From the NCBI GenBank assembly GCA_001823925.1, contig MHWB01000010.1:1-61646 (forward strand): a stretch of 61,646 nt of DNA, given 5' to 3'. The first letter of the stretch is position 1. Each line of letters opens with the position of its first letter. The notes beneath the pieces were generated by a model. That model saw nothing but the letters and a program-made list of their open reading frames with translations. It ran no database searches and was not told the DNA's origin. This DNA comes from Candidatus Zambryskibacteria bacterium RIFCSPLOWO2_01_FULL_39_39 (GTDB taxonomy: Bacteria; Patescibacteriota; Minisyncoccia; Phycocordibacterales; WO2-35-19). A program made the position numbers and the translations under genes. Shown here piece after piece: positions 56,783 to 61,646 of the stretch.

Positions 56783-57493
56783 TTACAAAACAAAACTCTC
56801 CCACCAAAGCGGGAGAGAAATGAAGAGAGTTGCGAAGACAACAGAGACATTCTGAGCATCCCGCTCGTTGTCGAGCCAGTTGTAGTTCCGGTTCCACCGA
56901 CCATCGCCATCGCGATAGAGATACAGGAAGCACCGACGGCCGTCGGAGACGCGCAGCGTCGTGCCTGGAAACTCCACCCAAGTGACACCGAAAGTTCTGT
57001 AGATCCACTCGAGAGTCACCTGTCCCGGTTCCTCATAGAGAGTCTGGCCGATTTTGGCATCAAGGAGAATATACTTGTCGGCCAAGTGTCGCTTCAACTT
57101 TTCCTCGCCAGTGATAGTGCTCTCCCCCTCCTGGAGCATATGCTCAAAACGGAGATTAGTGAGAAAAATTTCCGTCATATCTAAGCTCTGACAAGTCTGT
57201 TCTTCTTTACCTTCGAGACCAGCCCCGATGGCTGGCCCACGCCAAATTGTCACTCCCGAACCAATAAACTTTGTCGGGTTGAATGGTTTGGAGCGATCAA
57301 TTGCAAGCGATTTCAATTCGCCGATGATGAGGCTGAAGTTATTCCGAATAAACGCTGCGAAAGCCTGGCCCCGTTTTTCTGCCGGCATTTCGATGAAGGG
57401 TTGGACATCCATAGGAATTTCGTCCCATGGTGTATCAACCAAGAAAGATGCTACCAGCGAGCGAGCTTGACCACCAGAGATGGCTTGACTCAT
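56783..57493 (-). CDS. hypothetical protein (236 aa), markedly G+C-richer than its neighbours
   Basis: TGTATAAT extended -10 and an AGGAG SD lie upstream. No family was recognised. Confidence 0.6.
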   Translation of the reverse strand: MSQAISGGQARSLVASFLVDTPWDEIPMDVQPFIEMPAEKRGQAFAAFIRNNFSLIIGELKSLAIDRSKPFNPTKFIGSGVTIWRGPAIGAGLEGKEEQTCQSLDMTEIFLTNLRFEHMLQEGESTITGEEKLKRHLADKYILLDAKIGQTLYEEPGQVTLEWIYRTFGVTWVEFPGTTLRVSDGRRCFLYLYRDGDGRWNRNYNWLDNERDAQNVSVVFATLFISLPLWWESFVL

Positions 57494-57574
57494 TTTTGTT
57501 CTCCTAAAGATCAGAGTAGTGCAATCAGGTTTTCACCTTCCTGCACTCTACCCTATATTATACATTAAAATGGT

Positions 57575-59723
<2,149 letters not shown>

Positions 59724-59725
<2 letters not shown>

Positions 59726-60257
59726 AGTAGCTTACCTCAATACCTCTCTCTAACCTCCTCGGATTAGATACGTCACAAGTGTTATAACCACGAGATTTTA
59801 TATAAGTCCAAAGCCTTGCGCCAACATAATACTTTCTCACTGTTACTATGGCGCAATGCGGTACAGAATTAGATCCCTGATTCATTACAAAACCAAAAAA
59901 GCTTGTTTGGTTGGCATCCCCCCCACCCCCTATACGAGTAAGTGTTGTTGTTCCACTTATCGTATCATTTGCAACAAGGGAAGATCCTCCACAACTTATT
60001 GGAGAACCGGATGTAGAAGTAGCAAAAGAATCAAATTTTGAATCCCAATATAATGCACATTCTATTCCACTATCCGCTGCATAAAAAGCAAACTGAGAGT
60101 CTCTGCCGGAAGTCGCAAACTGACTACCTTTTATGGCAATGTTTACTACCGCATAACTGATAACAAGAAGTATAGCCATTATTGTGACAGCAATAAACAA
60201 AGTCATCCCTTTATTTCTTTCAAACTTTTTACTTTTTACTTGTAACTTTTTAATCAT
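59724..60257 (-). CDS. PilX-like minor pseudopilin
   Basis: Basic leader followed by G-MTLFIAVTIMAILLV hydrophobic helix; part of the pilin operon. Confidence 0.6.
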
Positions 60258-60859
60258 ATCCTATTAAATAGATGGGTTTTTATTTTAAACTCCTTTGTGG
60301 TTATACCTTTTGTCCACGTTATCCTGACAATAACAGCGACCTCATCTGCATTTATTGATTCAAACATAATTTCTCTCTTGAAATTTGTTGCTACCCAATC
60401 AGCATAGTAACCATACCTAAAATCATCTTGGTTTTGACGCAATATAGGACAACTATCCCAAGAATTACCACAGTAAGTGGATCCCAAAGAAACAAAATCG
60501 TAATTAGAAATATCTATTTTACACACCTTTCCAAAATAACAGTAGTCTGTTGCATTACCAGTTATAACATCAAGCCAACCAGTAGTTCCATCATTTATAC
60601 GAGCGAGTTGATTGGTATCTCTCTTATTCCTTATTATTTCTACTACCTCTTGCGCCAAATAAAATGCCTTTACTTCTTCTTTAGAAAGAATTGATTGATT
60701 TAAACTCTGTCTCACTGCAGAAAATGCTCCGGATATAGAAAGTGATAATACAAATATGGCGACAATAGATTCAAGTACTGTAAACCCCTGTCTCGCTCTA
60801 GCTCCGCGGGTCAAGCCTTTTTTAAAATCGTATTTAGTATTTCGTATTTCGTATTTCAT
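60254..60859 (-). CDS. type IV pilin-like protein with prepilin cleavage/methylation motif
   Basis: RQG-FTVLESIVAIFVL motif. Confidence 0.8.
   Translation of the reverse strand: MKYEIRNTKYDFKKGLTRGARARQGFTVLESIVAIFVLSLSISGAFSAVRQSLNQSILSKEEVKAFYLAQEVVEIIRNKRDTNQLARINDGTTGWLDVITGNATDYCYFGKVCKIDISNYDFVSLGSTYCGNSWDSCPILRQNQDDFRYGYYADWVATNFKREIMFESINADEVAVIVRITWTKGITTKEFKIKTHLFNRI
60829..60856. repeat. 4 x heptanucleotide tandem repeat (AAATACG on the coding strand) right after the start codon
   Basis: CGTATTT AGTATTT CGTATTT CGTATTT followed by CAT (start codon). Confidence 0.85.
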
Positions 60860-60861
60860 AT

Positions 60862-61461
60862 TTATATATCTAGTGCTCTTTGAGACATTATAGTTTGGAT
60901 AGAGAAAGATGATTGACGGGTAGAATTTGATCCTACGTAGCCTTCAATAACAGCTACGACATAAGGCTGAAATTGATCTGTGGCATTTGTGCCAAATACA
61001 TAAAAACGTAAATATTCTATTACTGTGTCTGTGGAAGTAATCGCTTTCATATCAGTACTACTACAATTTTCTTCACCATTATCTGATCGTTTAATGGTCG
61101 TGCCACAAAGACGATAAACTATAATATTCCCCTCAAAGGTAACAGCCAGTATATCGCTATCTTGTTCAGTATTACAATTATTGGGTTCATCTAAATCGTC
61201 ATCATCACAAGAATGGTAATTAGTGCCAAAACGAACCACTCTTGTCATATCTTCTACGGCCAAATTTAGATTATCAACCACCGTTTTAGATGACCTGGAT
61301 CTATTGTTGGCATCAAAAATACTAAGTATTGCTCCGATAGAAATAGAAGCAACCAAAGCAAAAAGGCCGACGGCTATCAACATTTCCACCAGAGTAAACC
61401 CCACCTGCCTCGCAGGAATTGGAAATTGGAAATTGGAAATTGGAAATTTTTTAAAAATCAT
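60862..61461 (-). CDS. type IV pilin-like protein (PulJ/minor pilin-like)
   Basis: QVG-FTLVEMLIAVGLFALV motif. Confidence 0.8.
   Translation of the reverse strand: MIFKKFPISNFQFPIPARQVGFTLVEMLIAVGLFALVASISIGAILSIFDANNRSRSSKTVVDNLNLAVEDMTRVVRFGTNYHSCDDDDLDEPNNCNTEQDSDILAVTFEGNIIVYRLCGTTIKRSDNGEENCSSTDMKAITSTDTVIEYLRFYVFGTNATDQFQPYVVAVIEGYVGSNSTRQSSFSIQTIMSQRALDI
61415..61448. repeat. 4 perfect + 1 degenerate heptanucleotide tandem repeat (AATTTCC on the coding strand) in the leader-coding region
   Basis: GGAATT GGAAATT GGAAATT GGAAATT GGAAATT. Confidence 0.85.
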
Positions 61462-61646
61462 TGTGTTATTGAAATTTGTCCACTCAACTCTACTAATATT
61501 CTTGACTCTTTGCCTCCGACCGAACGTAAATAAATTATTGCTGGAGGATTTATCGAGGCTGACATATTTCCTCCATTATTTAATAATACTATATTTGCTT
61601 TTGGTTCTGGTCGCAGAAAAGATAAATGGAGGGTATATACATTACC
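61458..61646 (-). CDS. 3' end of an ORF truncated by the window edge (62 codons), likely part of the pilus operon
   Basis: Open frame from the window edge to TGA, which overlaps the next ATG (ATGA). Confidence 0.45.
   Translation of the reverse strand, partial: GNVYTLHLSFLRPEPKANIVLLNNGGNMSASINPPAIIYLRSVGGKESRILVELSGQISITQ

Noticed and set aside
56764-57008. The N-terminal 75 aa of the 147-aa ORF 56545..56988, and ORF 56763..57008.
   Set aside because: They overlap the 3' end of the 236-aa gene in other frames. The DUF4258 homology begins at the internal ATG 56763.

Overview
This window looks like a low-GC bacterial chromosome segment. Its gene content resembles a streamlined CPR/Patescibacteria (Parcubacteria-like) genome. 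Housekeeping genes: valS, tsaD, groES/groEL, secG, rnj, pyrF, pyrG, ftsEX, prfB, gatCA, ligA. There are nine tRNA genes, an envelope methionine-sulfoxide/thiol-redox repair cluster, a type IV pilin-like cluster at the right edge, and three type II toxin-antitoxin loci (hicAB, DUF4258/DUF2283, and an orphan mazF carrying an in-frame stop). No rRNA, CRISPR array, integrase, transposase or reverse transcriptase was seen. Signals not explained by ordinary annotation: (1) short G+C-rich palindromic or hairpin elements sit in frame inside essential genes (tsaD, ligA, gatC, gatA, the ccdA fusion) and fill some intergenic spacers, in a Rickettsia-RPE-like way. (2) Several visibly G+C-richer islets carry small ORFs or non-coding units with near-consensus promoters and strong terminators (about 990-2450, 3780-4240, 19190-20030, 45100-45950, 56780-57500). 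(3) Partial tRNA fragments fused to strong hairpins lie next to four intact tRNA genes. (4) A NUDIX-HEPN-like fusion gene lies in a tRNA-proximal accessory patch. (5) Two accessory genes carry an in-frame stop exactly at a Trp position. (6) Heptanucleotide tandem repeats lie in the leader-coding regions of two adjacent prepilin genes. All coordinates other than ORF-track coordinates were counted by hand and may be off by 1-2 nt. All family assignments are from motif recognition, not from searches.
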